DNA of 64,000 bases from NCBI GenBank assembly GCA_030390025.1, contig CM059432.1, forward strand, positions 61,692,001-61,756,000, written 5' to 3'. The translations under genes were made by a program, and so were the position numbers. Below are positions 11,748 through 25,058 of the stretch, piece by piece. Under the pieces are notes generated by a model. It was given only the letters and a program-made list of their open reading frames with translations. It was not told where the DNA came from and did not search any database. How positions within the stretch are numbered: position 1 is the first letter of the stretch; each line of letters starts with the position of its first letter. This stretch comes from Squalus acanthias. Its lineage: Eukaryota.

Positions 11748-13504
11748 GGGCTGGATTTTCCTGGGGGTCAGCGGGCGCGATCGATGGCAGGTCGGGTGGG
11801 AAAGTATTTTTTTCCCCAAGTGAGCTGGGACCCCGCTGTGAACCCACCGCCACATGCCTTTCCCCGATGTCGGGTCTGTCAGCGCTAAGCAGACCCGACA
11901 CACAGCAGCGGGTTCACAGTGGGGGACCCAATTCAGGTAATTAGTGGCTTGTTTAGAGCCACTTAAGAATGAATTGCAGCTCACCTTCTGCATTTGACAG
12001 CTCGCCCACGGGATCCACGCTGGTCATGGGCCACATCTGTCAAGCTGAGGCGGGGGTCCAGTGGCCATTGAATCAGCTGATGAGTTGACATCTTCAAATG
12101 TATAGTAAAAGCTCCCACCTTAGAGATATCTTCCCTCAGCCACAAACTCTTCCTCACTGTATTTCCACAACAGATTCACCATGCTTCAAATCTTTACACA
12201 AGTCTATATCCAGTCTGACCTCATTACCTCTCTCACCATTGACAGATCGCTTCTGTCATCTCTACTTCACCTGCCATCTATTCCATCAGCATAGGTGCCC
12301 TTTATACTCTCTCACCTTGGTCCTCAGAATCCCACCACAATCAGCTCCAACACCAGCAGCACCAGGCACACCAGCAGCACCAACAACAACACCACCAACC
12401 TTCTCCGCAAATCACCTGATGCTGCCCAGGACAGAGGGCATCAGCACCCAACCACATTGCTGCCCGGGAGGCCAGGGATGGCCTCACCATGGCCACATTT
12501 ACTTCACTTGACGCTGTACACCCTGGCTGCCACAAGATGCGCCAGGTTGGCACCACCCCACACCAACAGCATAAAACATCTCTACAATGCCCAAACCATT
12601 CCTTTCACACTCATCACCATTGCGGGGGCTACTGTTATGTCTCACCATTCACTGCAACTCACTAAGCCACTTCCAAAGGTGCACACAAATCTGTCCAATA
12701 ACGCGACATGTTGAAAATAAAGGTTTCAATGTTTGACACCACATTAACAGAAACTTTACATGAACATTGCATGAAACACCCAAGTGGCTACCCTTGTGTG
12801 TTGTTAGTTGGTATGATTGCATTAGGATGAGTGTGAGGGGTGGCTGGTGAGATGGGGAAGTGATAATGTAGATAGAAACTTTGGGTGGAGGTGCAAGGTA
12901 AGTTGGTGTGAGTAAGGATGTGCAGGAGTAGGGTAGGGAAGACAGAGTGATGGGGATGTGATGAGAGGCACAGCAGGATGAGGTTGAGTGTAGCTTTGTA
13001 CTAACGTTTCATGATCTACTGAGATCATTGAAATGTTTGCGGCACAGCACCCAGGTCCTCCTGACCACATTCCTGCTTGTGCCCTCCTCTGCAATGTGCA
13101 ACCAGGCTGTGTTAGTCTCATGGGAAGGGAAGAGGACCTCCCTGCGTGCTGTGACTCCCTCCATAAGCATATGGAGAGAGTCATGGAAGAGCTTGGGTGC
13201 AGCCCTGTGCCTTTGTGTAGTGCTCGTCAGTGTTTGCAACACCTCAATGCTGTAGAACACTGACAGCACAACTGTCAAAATAAAGTTGGCCATGGTCCCT
13301 TTAAGGAAACTGGCTGATGACACGTCATCAAATGACGTCACCAGACCCGCTTCCTCTAATTGGCAGGCAAACGCACTGGGCGGGCTTAACAAGCCCAATC
13401 AGGGGAAATTCATTTCAGAGGCTGGGATGGAGACAACAGCGTGGTCGGGACCCGCCACCGATGTTGCCCGCCACGGACCCGCTGAGGTTAGTAAAATTGC
13501 AGCC
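11748..13504 (-). mobile_element. Non-autonomous PIF/Harbinger element with Myb/SANT-like gene remnant
   Basis: Ends GGGCTGGATTTT ... AAAATTGCAGCC (imperfect TIR); minus ORF 13009-13398 has APKLFHDSLHMLMEGVTARREVLFP...AWLHIAEE...RTWVLCRKHFNDL (trihelix Myb-like); inverted homolog at 28048-29796. Confidence 0.8.
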
Positions 13505-15734
13505 TAAGATTCAGCAGTATAGAGCCATTCTCTGAAAGTCATCAGCAGAGGTTCGGCTTATCAACTCTTTGGTAGAAAGGAATCACTAGAGTATTATGCA
13601 CAAAGTAGTAATAAGTGATTTGCTTTGCAATATAGCAATAAGGACTCTTGTTTTCACATCTTCATCAAAAAAACATCTCAGTCATTTAAGGTCCTGCTGA
13701 AGAAAGGGTCTGAAATGGGAAGACCAATTTCTTGTTAGGCATTATCTAGGTGTCACTGACCCTATGAATAGCAATGTTGTTTTGGATTCTTTATATGCCT
13801 AAAATCTTTGCTTCTGTATATACGTTTTAAGTGAAAATAGGTTTGACTAGTAATTTTAGCCTATTCGGTCAGGTTCTGAGTATGATGTTCCCCCATTCCA
13901 GTTGATAGAATGAAAGATTTGCATTTATATTGCACCTTATTATGGTTTACAGTACAGATTTTCTACTAGGCCGTTTACTCATGTAAACGATTCGATGACC
14001 GATTCCATAAGTAGATTGACTTTTCTCTGAACTAAAACTTGCATCTTTATTCTCTTCTGTGTTTAGGTTAGCATAACCCAGGTTTACCCAAATCGTGGTA
14101 AATCGCTCATAGGAAAGTACATAGGATATGCATGGTCTCCCGAGACCTCAGACAGCAGAAACATCAGACCATTAGATCACCGCATGTAGGCTAAAACTAC
14201 TGTCCAGATTTATTTACCAATACAGTAATACAGAAGGAAAAAATGTTAGCCAAGATATTATGCAGTACATTAATAAAATTTATGTTACATACAAATCAGG
14301 GTGTCTATTTTAAAAATGAGTCCATTGTCCTTGCAGCTTCTTTCAGCAAATTTTGAGAAAGACCTTCTTTGCTGATCAAATTTGCATAAAGTAGCCCTGC
14401 AGATAATCCCATAGAACAGACAATGAGCTGTGCTCTGAGTAGCCAGACATGGATATGAAACAACAACACAAATACACTTCAGATATCCATTCGCTTAGAA
14501 TAAATTTCTGAAAACTAATCACAGTTCAGCCAATCATCTGTATGGGTCATCCACAGGCTAATTTTTCTGCTGAATAAAGGAAATTTCATACAGAGATCCC
14601 CAAGACACAACTGGCTGATTCCATTTTTAATACAGATTTACCCTATTTGAAATCATCTAAAAATAAAAAAATCCATATTTCCATCAAGCGCATCTCTCAG
14701 AAACATCTCAAAGTTCTTCACGTACAATGAATTACTTTGAAGTTCAGTGGCAGGTGGATATTGATAGTTGGCGTGTTCCATGTGGTTGATGTTTAATGAC
14801 ATTTTAATGACTACGATGTAATCGCTGAAAATTAATTAAATGATAATTTGGAGTTAATTGTTAGAAAATGATTCATTGGCTCGCCTGCAACTTTTTATTC
14901 TTTGTTGAATCACTTTTACAGCTGTTACTAAATTTTGTATAGCCTTTCTGTGGTCATTGGCAAGGCTAAATCAGTTGGATTTCCAAATGTTACAGTGACT
15001 TCTATTTTTGGAATCCTAGAAGCTTTGAACTTCCTTTCAGAAGGAGATTAAGCATATGTAACGTAAACCTAGAAATAATTATTTGCGATATTAGTGGAAG
15101 AGCACTTCACAGGTATGACATTCCTTTGTCTGCTATTTTAACAGGCATTTACCCCCCCAAAAAAATGAGTTCATGTCTCCTTTGATCGTAAAACATTCTT
15201 GCTAGTAGAGAGATTTTGCATGTGTTCAAAAGTAAATCTACTTCAATAATGGGGCCGAATTTCGTCTATGAATGCCTGCTGAACCTTACATTGCCCCAGG
15301 AAACGTCAGGCCAGCCTGGAGGTGGGTGGGAGAATGGAACAAGTCGCTGCCCCTTTTTCAGTGGGGAATGTCAGGTGCATTGAAATGGAAACTCTAACTT
15401 TATATCTACATTCTGCAAGCTGCCTACTTAAAGAATATGAAAAACCTTTTCCATAACAGTACAACTACTTAGAAATGGGTACAGTATGAGTACATTATAA
15501 TAATGAGACAAAATTGCAACATCCTACTTCTCTTCCCACATTACTGAATAGAATGACACTCTAGTGCAATGAAATTACTATCCATTTAATTAATACCTGA
15601 GTCCTAATCTTTTGTTTAACACATGAGCAGTTAATTGCGTCAGAGTCTTTGAACTAAAGGAACCAAACAACCTCAGACATATTTAATTTCAGTCTCTTTG
15701 AGGCCTGAATGTTTAGTTACTTCTTGTACAGTGT

Positions 15735-16020
15735 TCATTCTAGGTTGTTTATGAGAAACAGTATGAGAGGGGTGAGAAGAAATTTCTTTACACAGAGTTG
15801 TTGGAGTATGGAAGGAATATTTGCACAGGGAGTAGTTGAAACAAAGAAACATTGCATCTTTTGTGGGAAAAGAGGATAAACATTTAAAAACGAGGAAGAT
15901 ACAGGGTTATGGGGGAAGTCCAGGATAGTAAAATTAATGTTGGATTGCTTCAGCAAGGTGCTGGGGCAGACACAAAGGGCCAAATGGCCACCGATGTTGT
16001 AAACTTTTATGGTTCTAATT
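15735..16020 (+). mobile_element. Old CR1 3' end fragment
   Basis: GAGAAGAAATTTCTTTACACAGAGTTGTT...GGGTTATGGGG...GGGCCAAATGGCC resembles the 3' ends of the other CR1 copies. Confidence 0.6.
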
Positions 16021-16505
16021 TCAGTTTTGCAATCCTTTTTTTCGCAAAGTCTGTAATGTAGTCGGATTCAGCTCAGGCTCACAACCTGAAGTCACAGAGG
16101 AACAGTCAGGTTGCAGCCCCAAAGATGGCTTCCTAAATTATCTTGGAATCACAGGTGTTTTGCGACAACATACGACACCAGAATCGGATTCAGAATCCAG
16201 ATCAGAAGTTGCTCCTTCATATTTTTTTTTAAACTGTCAATCAGTGATGTTCAATTAGTAAACATTTATCACGAGAAAGAAATTCACCAGAAAAAAAGGT
16301 TCTGCTGAATTAAAATAAGTTTCAGACTGGGGAAAAAAATCTTTCTATTTTTCATAACTGTTCCAAAGCAAGGTAAGTGACATTAAAATCTAAATCTGTT
16401 TGCAGAAACGGATTAGCTTATTTGCTAATTTACTGTCTATTTTTTAAATGACTGCTGACTGATAACAATTGCTGTTTAAATGTAATTATCTGATTGATTT
16501 TTCAG

Positions 16506-16591
16506 AGAAGGCCATGGCAAAATATCAGTTTTTGCTGTGAAAGTGGCATTAGCAACAATATGTGGAGGGAAGATACTGGATAAACTGAGAT
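16506..16591 (+). CDS. DTNA: Dystrobrevin alpha, internal coding exon B (86 nt)
   Basis: TTTTCAG acceptor (AG 16504-16505), GTAAGT donor at 16592. Encodes (G)[28 protein letters not shown](Y); phases 2/1 match neighbours. Not in the ORF track, read manually. Confidence 0.96.
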
Positions 16592-16691
16592 GTAAGTATT
16601 TCGTACATACTAACCATTGCAGTGTTCCAGTCATTGTTCCACACTTTAACTTTTTGCCCTTTCACAACCACTTATCTCCACTTTGAGACAT

Positions 16692-16980
16692 GTAAGAAAG
16701 AAAGACTTGCATTTATATAGCGCCTTTCATGACCTCAGGACGACCCAAAGCGCTTTACAGCCAATGAAGTACTTCTGAAGTGCATTATTGGAATCAATGT
16801 TCCCGCTAAGCTGCGCGGCCGCGTGGTGGTCTGGAGGTCCCACGCAGGCCGCTCACCGGCTTTTAAATGGAAAAAAAGTGCATGCGCGAAAATTTGAATG
16901 AGCCACGCAGCCAGTTAAAGGGACCATGCGCGAAAAAAAAATTAAAGGGAACATTGGTTGGAATGTAGGGAAACATACAA
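16692..16980 (-). mobile_element. SINE/L2-type 3' tail fragment interrupted by a hAT MITE
   Basis: AAGAAAGAAAGACTTGCATTTATATAGCGCCTTTCATGACCTCAGGAC is the reverse complement of an L2-derived tail also seen at 33200 and 43388. Confidence 0.6.
16795..16956. mobile_element. hAT-type MITE (162 bp)
   Basis: Perfect 10-bp TIR CAATGTTCCC / GGGAACATTG; 8-bp TSD ATTGGAAT (16787-16794) / GTTGGAAT (16957-16964). Confidence 0.85.
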
Positions 16981-17281
16981 AAGTAACACAGACAGACAGC
17001 CTCAGAAAAAGCCTATGACCATCTTACGTTGGCAACTCATTTGTATAAGTGTGCTGTCTGTATGCTATATAATATCGAAGGTGAATGTTCATCAGTATTT
17101 CACAGAATCACCGTGTGCTCCCATTCTTCCCTGTGTTTAACAGTGGCTGTAAGGCTGATATTTTTTTTAGTACAAGGACAGATTTGGAGAAAGATGCAGA
17201 ATTTTAAATCAACAGTTTAATGGATTAGGAGAAACTGGCTGTATATTGAACAGGGAGTAAGAGCTCATTGCATAAAAGAAT

Positions 17282-17464
17282 GGGAAAAAAATTTGTTTTC
17301 ACCGCATGGGCGGTAATCTGGTGGAGCGGATTGCCCACCCATTATAGAACCTGCCAATTTCCATTCCATTCATTGCAGTGGAATGAAAATCAGATGGGTT
17401 TGAAAATAGGCAGGTGATCTGCTCCACCAGTTCCGCCCATGCAGTGAAGGCGAAAATTAACTCC
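17282..17464. mobile_element. Palindromic (fold-back) MITE
   Basis: Left arm TTCACCGCATGGGCGGTAATCTGGTGGAGCGGATTGCCC pairs with right arm GGTGATCTGCTCCACCAGTTCCGCCCATGCAGTGAA. Confidence 0.7.
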
Positions 17465-17559
17465 AATGTTTTTAGGCAATTACAAACATAGGGAGGACTG
17501 AGACAGAATATGGAAATCTGAGACCAACATTTTAATTAACTCCATAATGTTTAGAACCA

Positions 17560-18260
17560 GAAATGACCATTGACAGATAGGTATTCACTGTAGACTATCT
17601 ATCCATTTTTCCTTCATCCACCTAGCCAATCTAATCTTGAATGCTGACCTAGTTCCTTGTTAGCCACTAACCCTGGAAGTGAATTCACAGCCTCACAACT
17701 CTCTGTGTGAAGTAATTTTTCCTGCCCTCAGTTCTAAATCTTTTACATTTAATCTCATACCTATGGCTGCTCATTCTTGACCCCTCAACCACTGGAAATA
17801 GTCTGCGTATATCTACCCTATCCTATTCCTTCATAATTTTATCATCATCTGTGTTGTTCTAACAAAAAAATGCCCAATGTTTCACGCCTATCATCATATT
17901 TCTATTTCCTCAAATCAGGCAGTGTCCCAATAAATCTACGTTGTGCTTTCTCTAAAGCCTCAATATCTGAACTATAGTGTGGTACCCAATACTGCATACT
18001 TCCAATTTTACTATCATCTTCAGGTTTGACACCACTCCCGAAAGCTGCCCTTAACTCTTACTCTGTGTTTTCACCCTTCGAACCATTCTTTAATCTAGTT
18101 TGCTATCTTCCCCCTATTTCCATACCCCTTAATCTCTCATGTGGTCCTTGTACACTGTATCTACTGCATTTCCCCCATCTACTATGTCTGTTACCTCCTC
18201 ATAGAATTCTATGAGGCTTGTCTACATGATCATCCCTTGTGAGATTCGTGCTTGCTAACT
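17560..18260 (-). mobile_element. Old degenerate CR1 fragments
   Basis: ATTCACAGCCTCACAACTCTCTGTGTGAAGTAATTTTTCCT is the reverse complement of the CR1 FFTQRVV region. Confidence 0.55.
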
Positions 18261-18675
18261 GTTTTATGGGGTACAATTTTGCTGTGAGCTGTGTATGGAG
18301 GAGATAGAGCACATCTATGAATTGGGAGGAGGGTTTGGATGTGGGAGAGTGGTTGTTGAGATAACCTTTAGGGAAGTGTTGATCTGTTGAAAATCTAAAT
18401 GTCAATTTTTGCTTTTCCTTTGTTTTTAGACTATCAATTGTGGAGTATGAAAGTGCTTAAAATTAACCAGAATGCATCATTTTATGCAAAAGTTCTAAAC
18501 TTTCAGTGGGACCATGGCTCCAGATCCCCACAGAAATTCACCACCAATTTTGTGCCTTCAACATTTGAGCGTGGATTTTAACTCCCAGGTGGAAAGCTGA
18601 ATGGAGCCACTGGGAAGCCATGCCAATTTTAATAGCTGGGCCTCATTAACATCCCGCTGGCCAGCTGTCCACCTG

Positions 18676-21600
18676 ACATAAGAACATAAGAAATAGGAGC
18701 AGGAATAGGCCACTTGGCCCCTCGAGCCTACTCCGCCATTTAATAAGTTCATGGCTGATCTTGGGCTCAAAGCCACTTCCCCGCCCGCTCCCCATAACCC
18801 TTCACTCCCTTATCTTGCAAAAAATTGTCTATCTCTACCTTAAATGTATTTAATGACCCAGCCTCCACAGCTCTCTGGGGCGGAGAATTCCACAGATTTA
18901 CGACCCTCTGAGAGAAGAAATTCCTCCTCATCTCAGTTCTAAAATGGCGATCCTTTATTCTAAAACTGTGCCCCCGCGTTCTAGATTTCCCCACAAGGGG
19001 AAACATCCTCTCTGCATCTACCTTGTCGTGCCCCCTCAGTATCTTAAATGTTTCAATAACATCACCTCTCATTCTTCTAAATTCCAATGAGTATAGGCCC
19101 AGCCTGCTCAACCTTTCCTCATAAGTCAACCCTCTCATCTCTGGAATTAACCTAGTGAATCGTCCCTGAACTGCCTCCAATGCAAGTATATCCTTCCTTA
19201 AATAAGGAGACCAAAACTGTACGCAGTACTCAAGGTGTGGTCTCACCAATACCCTGTACAGTTGTAGCAGGACTTCCCTGCTTTTATACTCCAACCCCTT
19301 TGAAATAAAGGCCAACATTCCATTTGCCTTTTTGATTACTTGCTGTACCTGCATGCTAACTTTTTGTGTTTCATGCACAAGGACCCCTAGGTCCCTCTGA
19401 ACTGTAGCATTTTGTAATCTCTCTCCATTTAAATAATTATTTTATTTTTTATTTTTCCTGCCAAAGTGTATAACCTCGCACTTTCCCACATTATACTCCA
19501 TCTGCCAAATGTTTGCCCACTCACTTAGCCTGTCTATATCCCTTTGCAGGTTCTTTGAGTCCTCTGCACATCTTGCTTTCCCACCCATCTTTGTATCATC
19601 CGCAAACTTGGTTACATTACACTCGGTCCCTTCATCCAAGTCATTCATGTAGATTGTAAATAGTTGAGGTCCCAGCACCGATCCCTGTGGCACCCCAGTA
19701 GTTACCGTTTGCCAACCGGAAAATTACCCATTTATCCCGACTCTCTGCTTTCTGTTAGTTACCTCCTCAAAGAACTCCAGCAAGTTTGTTAAACATGATT
19801 TCCCTTTCATAAAACCATGCTGACTCTGCTTGACTGCATTATGATTTTCCAAATGCCCTGCTATTGCTTCCTTAATGAAGGACTCCAGCATTTTCCCAAC
19901 GACAGATGTTAGGCTAACTGGTCTATAGCTTTCTGTCTCCCTCCTTTCTTAAATAGGGGTGTTACATTTGCGGTTTTCCAATCCACTGGGACCTCTCCAG
20001 AGTCCAGGGAATTTTGGTATATTGCAACCAATGCATCCACCATCTCTGCAGCCACTTCTTTTAAGACCATGGGATGCAGGCCATCTGATCCAGGAGACTT
20101 ATCATCATTTAGTCCCATTATTTTACCAAGTACTATTTCCTTAGTGATAGTGATTGTCTTTAGTTCCCCCCTCCCTGTGGCCCCTTAATTATCCATTATT
20201 GGGATGTTGTTAGTGTCTTCTACCTTGAAGACAGATATAAAATATTTGTTCAGAGTCTCTGCCATTTCCCCATTATTAATTCCCCAGTCTCATCCTCTAA
20301 AGGACCAACGTTTACTTTAGCTACCCTCTTCCTTTTTATATACCTGTAGAAGCTCTTACTATCTGTTTTAATGTTTCTTGCCAGTTTACTCTCATAATTC
20401 ATCTTCTCTCTCTATTATTTTTTTAGTCATCCTTTGCTGGTTTTTAAAAATTTCCTCTGGTCTCCCACCAATCTTGGCAACATTGTATGCCTTCGTTTTC
20501 AATTTGATACCATCCTTTACTTACTTAGTTAGCCACGGATGGTGCTCCCTTCTCTTAAAATCTTTCTTTCTCACTGGAATATATTTTTGTTGAGAGTTAT
20601 GAAATATCTCCTTAAATGTCCGCCACTGCATTTCAACTGTCTTACCCTTTAATTTATTTTTCCAGTCCACTTTAGCCAGTTCTGCCCTCATGCCACTGTA
20701 ATTGCCTTTGTTTAAGATCAGGACACTGGTTTGAGATACAACTTTCTCACCCTCCAACTGGATTTGAAATTCAACCATGCTATGATTACTCTTTCCTAGA
20801 GGATCCTTTACTGTGAGATCATTTATTAATTCGGCCTCATTACATAGTACCAGATCCAAGATAGCCTGCTCCCTGGTTGGTTCCATTACATACTCTTCCA
20901 GGAAACCATCCCGGATGCACTCTATGAACGCCTCTTCAAGGCTACCATGGCCAATTTGATTTGTCCAATCAATATGGAGATTAAAATCTCCCATGATTAT
21001 TACCGTACCTCTTTTACAGGCCTCCATTATTTGTTGATTTATACTCTGTCCAACGGTATTGCTACTGTTTGGGGGCCTGTAGACTACACCCACCAGAGAC
21101 TTTTTCCCTTTATTATTTTTTATCTCCACCCAAACCGATTCTACATCTTGATCTTCTGAGCCAATATCACTTCTCACCACTGCACTGATCCCATCCTTTA
21201 GCAACATAGCCACCCCACCTCCCTTTTCTTTCTGCCTATCCTTCCGAATTGTCAAATACCCTGGAATATTCAGTTCCCAGCCCTGATCACCTTGCAACCA
21301 CGCCTCTGTAATGGCGATCAGATCATACCCATTTGTATCTATTTGTGCCGTCAACTCATCTATCTTGTTACGAATGCTGCGTGCATTCAGATATAGAGCT
21401 TTTAACTTTGTCTTTTTACCATTCCTCCTTGTTTTGGCCCCATTTTCTGTTGCACTCTTATTTTTAAACATTCTGTCCCTTCCTGTCACACTCTGTTTAT
21501 TATTTCCCCCATCTCTATCCTGCTCTATTGCTTTCTCATTTCTCATTGACTTTTTAAATTTCCGCTCACCTGGATCCTCCCCCCCACTATTTAGTTTAAA

Positions 21601-24600
21601 GCCCTCTCTACAGCCCTAGTTATTCGATTCGCCAGGACTCTAGCCCCAGCATGGTTCAAGTGAAGCCCGTCCAAACGGAACAGCTCCCTCTTATCCCAGT
21701 ACTGGTGCCAGTGCCCCACAAATCGAAACCCATTTCTCCCACACCAGTCTTTGAGCCACTTGTTCATTTCTCTGATCTTATTTACCCTATACAAATTCGC
21801 TTGTGGCTCAGGTAGTAATCCAGAGATTATTACCTTTGTGGTTCTGCTTTTTAATTTAGCCCCTAGCTGCTCATACTCTCTCAGCAGAACCTCTTTCTTT
21901 GTCCTACCTATGTCACTGGTGCCTACGTGGACCATGACAACTGGATTCTCCCCCTCCCACTCCAAGTTTCTCTCCAGCCCAGAGGAGATGTCCTTAACCC
22001 TGGCACCGGGCAGGCAACACAGCCTTCGGGACTCACACTCTCGGCTGCAGAGAACAGTGTCTATCCCCCTAACTACTATCCCCTATCACTGCAACATTTC
22101 TTTTTACTCCCCCCCCCCCCCCCCCCCCCTTGAATGGCTCCCTGTACCACGGTGCTGTGGTCAGATTGATCATCCTCCCTGCAGTTCCTGCCCTCGTCCA
22201 CACAGGGAGCAAGAATCTCATACCTGTTAGACAAGGCCAAGGGCTGAGGCTCCTCCATCACTACCTCCTGGATCCCAGTACCTGCCTCGCTTGTAGTCAC
22301 ACCCTCCTGTCCCTGACCATGGGCCAAATTGGAAGTAATTACTCTAGTGGGTGTGACTGCCTCCTGGAACTTAGTGTCCAGGTAATGCTCCCCCTCCCTA
22401 ATGTGTCGCAGTGTCTGAATCTCGGACACCAGCTCATCAACTCTGAGCCGAAGTTCCTCGAGCAGCCAACATTTGCTGCAGATGTGGTCGCCTTGGACCT
22501 CAATGGTGTCCACCAGCTCCCACACCCAACAACAACAACACATGGCCTGGTCTCCCATCTTAATTAATTAGTTTTAAAATTTGGAACACGTATATCTTTT
22601 AATCTACACCAAGGCACTTAAACTTAGATGCCAAAGTTTGGAAAAAAAGCGAGAAATATAGAAATACTCACCAATCAATCACTTACCTGCTTTTTGGTGA
22701 TGTCACACTTCGATTACTTTTTACTTCTTTGCACTCATTGGTCCGTTGTAGCTGCTCTCCTGGGCTCCCGCTGTTTTAGTAGCTCCGAACTCTCGCTCTC
22801 TCCTGGGCTCCCGCTGTTTTAGTAGCTCCGAACTCTCGCTCTCTCCTGGGCTCCCGCTGTTTTAGTAGCTCCGAACTCTCACTCTCTCCTGGGCTCCCGC
22901 TGTTTTAGTAGCTCCGAACTCTCGCTCTCTCCTGGGCTCCCGCTGTTTTAGTAGCTCCGAACTCTCGCTCTCTCCTGGGCTCCCGCTGTTTTAGTAGCTC
23001 CGAACTCTCGCTCTCTCCTGGGCTCCCGCTGTTTTAGTAGCTCCGAACTCTCGCTCTCTCCTGGGCTCCCGCTGTTTTAGTAGCTCCGAACTCTCGCTCT
23101 CTCCTGGGCTCCCGCTGTTTTAGTAGCTCCGAACTCTCACTCTCTCCTGAGCTCCCGCTGTTTTAGTAGCTCCGAACTCTCACTCTCTCCTGGGCTCCCG
23201 CTGTTTTAGTAGCTCCGAACTCTCGCTCTCTCCTGGGCTCCCGCTGTTTTAGTAGCTCCGAACTCTCACTCTCTCCTGGGCTCCCGCTGTTTTAGTAGCT
23301 CCGAACTCTCGCTCTCTCCTGGGCTCCCGCTGTTTTAGTAGCTCCGAACTCTCGCTCTCTCCTGGGCTCCCGCTGTTTTAGTAGCTCCGAACTCTCACTC
23401 TCTCCTGAGCTCCCGCTGTTTTAGTAGCTCCGAACTCTCACTCTCTCCTGGGCTCCCGCTGTTTTAGTAGCTCCGAACTCTCGCTCTCTCCTGGGCTCCC
23501 GCTGTTTTAGTAGCTCCGAACTCTCGCTCTCTCCTGGGCTCCCGCTGTTTTAGTAGCTCCGAACTCTCGCTCTCTCCTGGGCTCCCGCTGTTTTAGTAGC
23601 TCCGAACTCTCGCTCTCTCCCTGGGCTCCCGCTGTTTTAGTAGCTCCGAACTCTCGCTCTCTCCCTGGGCTCCCGCTGTTCTAGTAGCTCCGAACTCTCG
23701 CTCTCTCCTGGGCTCCCGCTGTTTTTGTAGCTCCGAACTCTCGCTCTCTCCTGGGCTCCCGCTGTTTTAGTAGCTCCGAACTCTCGCTCTCTCCCTGGGC
23801 TCCCGCTGTTCTAGTAGCTCCGAACTCTCGCTCTCTCCTGGGCTCCCGCTGTTTTAGTAGCTCCGAACTCTCACTCTCTCCTGGGCTCCCGCTGTTTTAG
23901 TAGCTCCGAACTCTCGCTCTCTCCTGGGCTCCCGCTGTTTTAGTAGCTCCGAACTCTCGCTCTCTCCTGGGCTCCCGCTGTTTTAGTAGCTCCGAACTCT
24001 CGCTCTCTCCTGGGCTCCCGCTGTTTTAGTAGCTCCGAACTCTCGCTCTCTCCCTGGGCTCCCGCTGTTCTAGTAGCTCCGAACTCTCGCTCTCTCCTGG
24101 GCTCCCGCTGTTTTTGTAGCTCCGAACTCTCGCTCTCTCCTGGGCTCCCGCTGTTTTAGTAGCTCCGAACTCTCGCTCTCTCCCTGGGCTCCCGCTGTTC
24201 TAGTAGCTCCGAACTCTCGCTCTCTCCTGGGCTCCCGCTGTTTTAGTAGCTCCGAACTCTCACTCTCTCCTGGGCTCCCGCTGTTCTAGTAGCTCCGAAC
24301 TCTCGCTCTCTCCTGGGCTCCCGCTGTTCTAGTAGCTCCGAACTCTCGCTCTCTCCTGGGCTCCCGCTGTTTTAGTAGCTCCGAACTCTCGCTCTCTCCC
24401 TGGGCTCCCGCTGTTCTAGTAGCTCCGAACTCTCGCTCTCTCCTGAGCTCCCGCTGTTTTAGTAGCTCCGAACTCTCGCTCTCTCCTGGGCTCCCGCTGT
24501 TTTAGTAGCTCCGAACTCTCACTCTCTCCTGGGCTCCCGCTGTTTTAGTAGCTCCGAACTCTCGCTCTCTCCTGGGCTCCCGCTGTTTTAGTAGCTCCGA

Positions 24601-25058
24601 ACTCTCACTCTCTCCTGGGCTCCCGCTGTTTTAGTAGCTCCGAACTCTCGCTCTCTCCTGGGCTCTCACTGTTTTTGTAGCTCCGAACTCCCGCTCTCTC
24701 CTGGGCTCCCGCTGTTTTAGTAGCTCCGAACTCTCACTCTCTCCTGGGCTCCCGCTGTTTTAGTAGCTCCGAACTCTCGCTCTCTCCTGGGCTCCTGCTG
24801 TTTTAGTAGCTCCGAACTCTCGCTCTCTCCTGGGCTCCCGCTGTTTTAGTAGCTCCGAACTCTCGCTCTCTCCTGGGCTCCCGCTGTTCTAGTAGCTCCG
24901 AACTCTCACTCTCTCCTGGGCTCCCGCTGTTCTAGTAGCTCCGAACTCTCGCTCTCTCCTGGGCTCCCGCTGTTTTAGTAGCTCCGAACTCTCGCTCTCT
25001 CCTGGGCTCCCGCTGTTTTAGTAGCTCCGAACTCTCACTCTCTCCTGGACTCCCGCTG
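18676..25058 (-). mobile_element. Full-length-type CR1 LINE (ORF1 + ORF2, degraded) with 5' tandem array
   Basis: ORF1 pieces 22558-21591: CxxC finger + coiled coil (HICSKCWLLEELRLRVDEL) and SGNH esterase (VHVGTSD, DGLHLN). ORF2 21546-18767 ([28 protein letters not shown]). Tail ACATAAGAACATAAGAA; ACCTG on both flanks (18671-18675, 25059-25063). Confidence 0.93.
22752..25058 (-). repeat. 43-bp tandem array, ~53 copies (plus-strand unit GGGCTCCCGCTGTTTTAGTAGCTCCGAACTCTCGCTCTCTCCT)
   Basis: Direct reading; successive GGGCTCCC at 22762 and 22805; near-identical units with a few recurring variants. Confidence 0.98.

Noticed and set aside
13510..15730. Conserved non-coding element in the long repeat-poor AT-rich stretch
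   Set aside because: Cannot be assessed without cross-species alignment; nothing diagnostic in the sequence alone.
22752..25058. CRISPR-like array
   Set aside because: Head-to-tail units with no unique spacers, no cas genes, vertebrate intron context.
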